Assembly: GCA_903813345.2 (NCBI GenBank)
Contig: CAIIXF020000001.1
Span: 32,488,001 to 32,552,000, forward strand
Reading direction: 5' to 3'
DNA from: Owenia fusiformis
Lineage: Eukaryota
DNA: 64,000 nucleotides
Positions 61,445 to 64,000 of the stretch are shown one piece after another. Position 1 is the stretch's first letter; each line of letters begins with the position of its first letter. The position numbers and the translations under genes are program-made. Below the pieces are notes generated by a model. The model had not been told where the DNA came from. It made no database searches and was given only the letters and a program-made list of their open reading frames with translations.

Positions 61445-64000
61445 ACAACTAAAATATCACACATGCAATTCATCTTTTATGTTTGATGTAGGAGAATAAA
61501 CTATTACTATCAGTAACCGTAAACACGAAACAAATAATTGAGCACAACACTCATTCCCCATATTCACCTATTGAAATAGCATCACACCCATGAATATAGA
61601 TAAACAGGTAAAACTACTTTTGAAACGTTTGGTAACAATCAAGAATTTCACCTTGTACATCGTTGTCATTTAATGTGACATGAAATCATTATTTTAGATT
61701 ATTTAAGAAACAATCAAAGTTTTCGCGCCTAAGTAGAATCTCGTAGAATCAACTTCGATTACAATTATGTCGAAGTAAATTATGTGATTACTGATCAAAT
61801 CTCACGACATCTTGATGTAGGTGAAGTGATTAACTATTTAGTAAAATCAAAAATGTGACATTTAGAGAGGGATTTATTCATTAGCATCTTGTCTACTCTA
61901 ATTATTATAGATGGCACAACCTTACAGTAAACACATGTGGTTACAAGAATACAAATGCATACAGGAAAAGCGATGCAACAATTATTCCATCATTGTAAAT
62001 AAAGATGGCAACACCAGACGAGTACAATCTCTTGAAATATTTTGAAAATCAAAATACTATAGACGTTTCTGGTCAGTGATGTGTTTATTGTTCAACTTTC
62101 CAAACCGCTGCCGGCTGTTCAGGGAGCATAAATGAGGGGTCTGGAGTCTGTCGCGTACTTATTCGAGAATATAAGTTTCCTCGAAAGAAACTAGCACAAT
62201 AGGTCTACACGCGCCGCCTATTAGCAATAATTATAAACACACCTGCGCACTCTGTGCGTTTGCAGAATTGTAAACTGTAAATGTGAAAGTCGTAACAATC
62301 GGGCATAACCAAATTTTTTTTATCATAACTTAAAATGGTTTTAGCAGATTGACAATTACGTAATATTTAAAAAACTACAGACCGACGTACGTTTTGTGTG
62401 CGTTTTTCATCGTGATTTAAAATGGTTAAACACGTTCTAATAACGACCTTGTAAAATTACTGTTGTCATTGGATTCTTAGATTTCAGTTGTATTTCCATT
62501 CTCTAATTTTGCATCCATTCATCTTTGAATAGAGGACCGACTACCGGCCATCTGGACCCAACCTATGGAGAATGACTGGTCGGTGATCGGTCTCTTTCGT
62601 AAGTTCAAAAATGACTACATCTTTTCATGCCAGACTATTTAGGCTGGATTTAAGATTTCATCTAAATAGTGTGTACATTTGGGTATCTAGAAATGTAGAA
62701 TACAAATTACCAATTTTCTCATGCGAATATTAAGATGCAGCAAGTGTGTATACCGTTGACTAACATTAGGTATCATCCTTCCCTTTTGATATTATCATCT
62801 TTTTAAACATGCCCTTATTTAAATATGCTTACCAATGCTAGAATTAATTCCAAAGGAACAGCAATTTGAAAAATGGTATGGGTGATTAACTATACGTATA
62901 TCAAGGTTAAGTGGAATCCATCAAGCTAAATACTTAACCTTTGATCTCTGTTGCCATACCTAGAAGTATTTACTCATACAGTATCTTTTATTTCACTCTA
63001 ATAATGTAGAATTCCATCTCAAGCATGCATAATGTATAATATGGAGTGATTCCAATGAATAGTTTCTTAGACATAACAGTCCATCATATACTAGACATTC
63101 TGAAACCAGACATTTTCACAGAAAACTCTTATGTGGTGAATGTTGCAAAAACATTGAAAAAATATTGGTCAGTTGCAAAAAAATATTGGGCAGTTTTTTT
63201 AAAAAGCCAGATATGGCCAAATTACCAGCAGCCTAAAACCAATCTGATTTCAGTATCTAGACAAGGTGCATAATAAATTTTAATATAGTAGTGAAAAATC
63301 GCTGCTGAAATTATAGATGGCAATATCTAACGGGTGTTCCCTTCGACTGTGACAATCTCAAGGTCAAGGTCCCTGCCCAGGCCAAATACAGATAACTTTG
63401 GCCCAAATGCCCTAATACGTCACTTCCGCTGAATAGAAAAAAGTAGTTTTCAAAAGTGAATGTAGTCCCAACACAATTGTGATCATGACGAGTCAGTAAG
63501 CTAGTATGTAGGCACAGTTGTCATCATTTTGCAATGACAACATGCCATTTCTTCTGAAAATGCGTTTATTTGGGTTCTGAAGGAAAATTTCGAATCAAGT
63601 GGCGTATTAATTTTGCCTTCATTTTTATGAATTTCAATTACTGTCGGCAGAGAGAGGGGGTAGTGTCACAATTGACCAATTATTTCAAAAAGTAGATGAT
63701 TGGCTCCTATTGAGTTTAGTGTCAAAATGTAGCTTAGACATAGGTTTAGAACCTCAGATAGGCCAGTGAGGCCACGAAAATCCATAACTCGAGATAAAAA
63801 GTCAGGCGTTTGCCCTTTTGCCCATTGACTAGTATGGTGACATGAATTAGGGCAGTTTGGCCTTTGAGAAATAGACATGTATTTACAATACATGGTTTAT
63901 AAAGTTCCAGGACGATAAGATTTGGTCAAAATACCCATTTCCATAGCTCGTCATTAAAAATATATATCACGAAAAAGGTATATTAATTTAAATTCTTACA

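Overview
AT-rich metazoan genomic DNA, probably from a marine invertebrate. It has spliceosomal GT-AG introns and no prokaryotic features. The only intact protein-coding genes are two tandem, same-strand, 3-exon hairy/Enhancer-of-split (HES) bHLH-Orange-WRPW paralogues: HES-A (45432-46591) and HES-B (59434-60670). Their proximal promoters share an ordered motif string: CSL/Su(H) site, proneural E-box, CSL, class-C/TALE-like motif, CCAAT, ATTGG, CSL, and an SPS-like half-site. A third, inverted, gene-less copy of the core of this module lies at about 55866-56021. The first 43 kb is gene-free and dense in non-autonomous DNA transposons (Tc1/mariner-, Kolobok-, MULE-, Harbinger-, Academ- and Helentron-like), foldback elements, minisatellites and one decayed LINE. 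It includes an 8.3-kb nest of insertions and a recurring class of elements whose long terminal hairpins carry GNA mini-loops and tandem G.A mismatches on one strand only. All coordinates were read by eye. Gene exon boundaries were checked against splice sites and reading frame; repeat boundaries are approximate.
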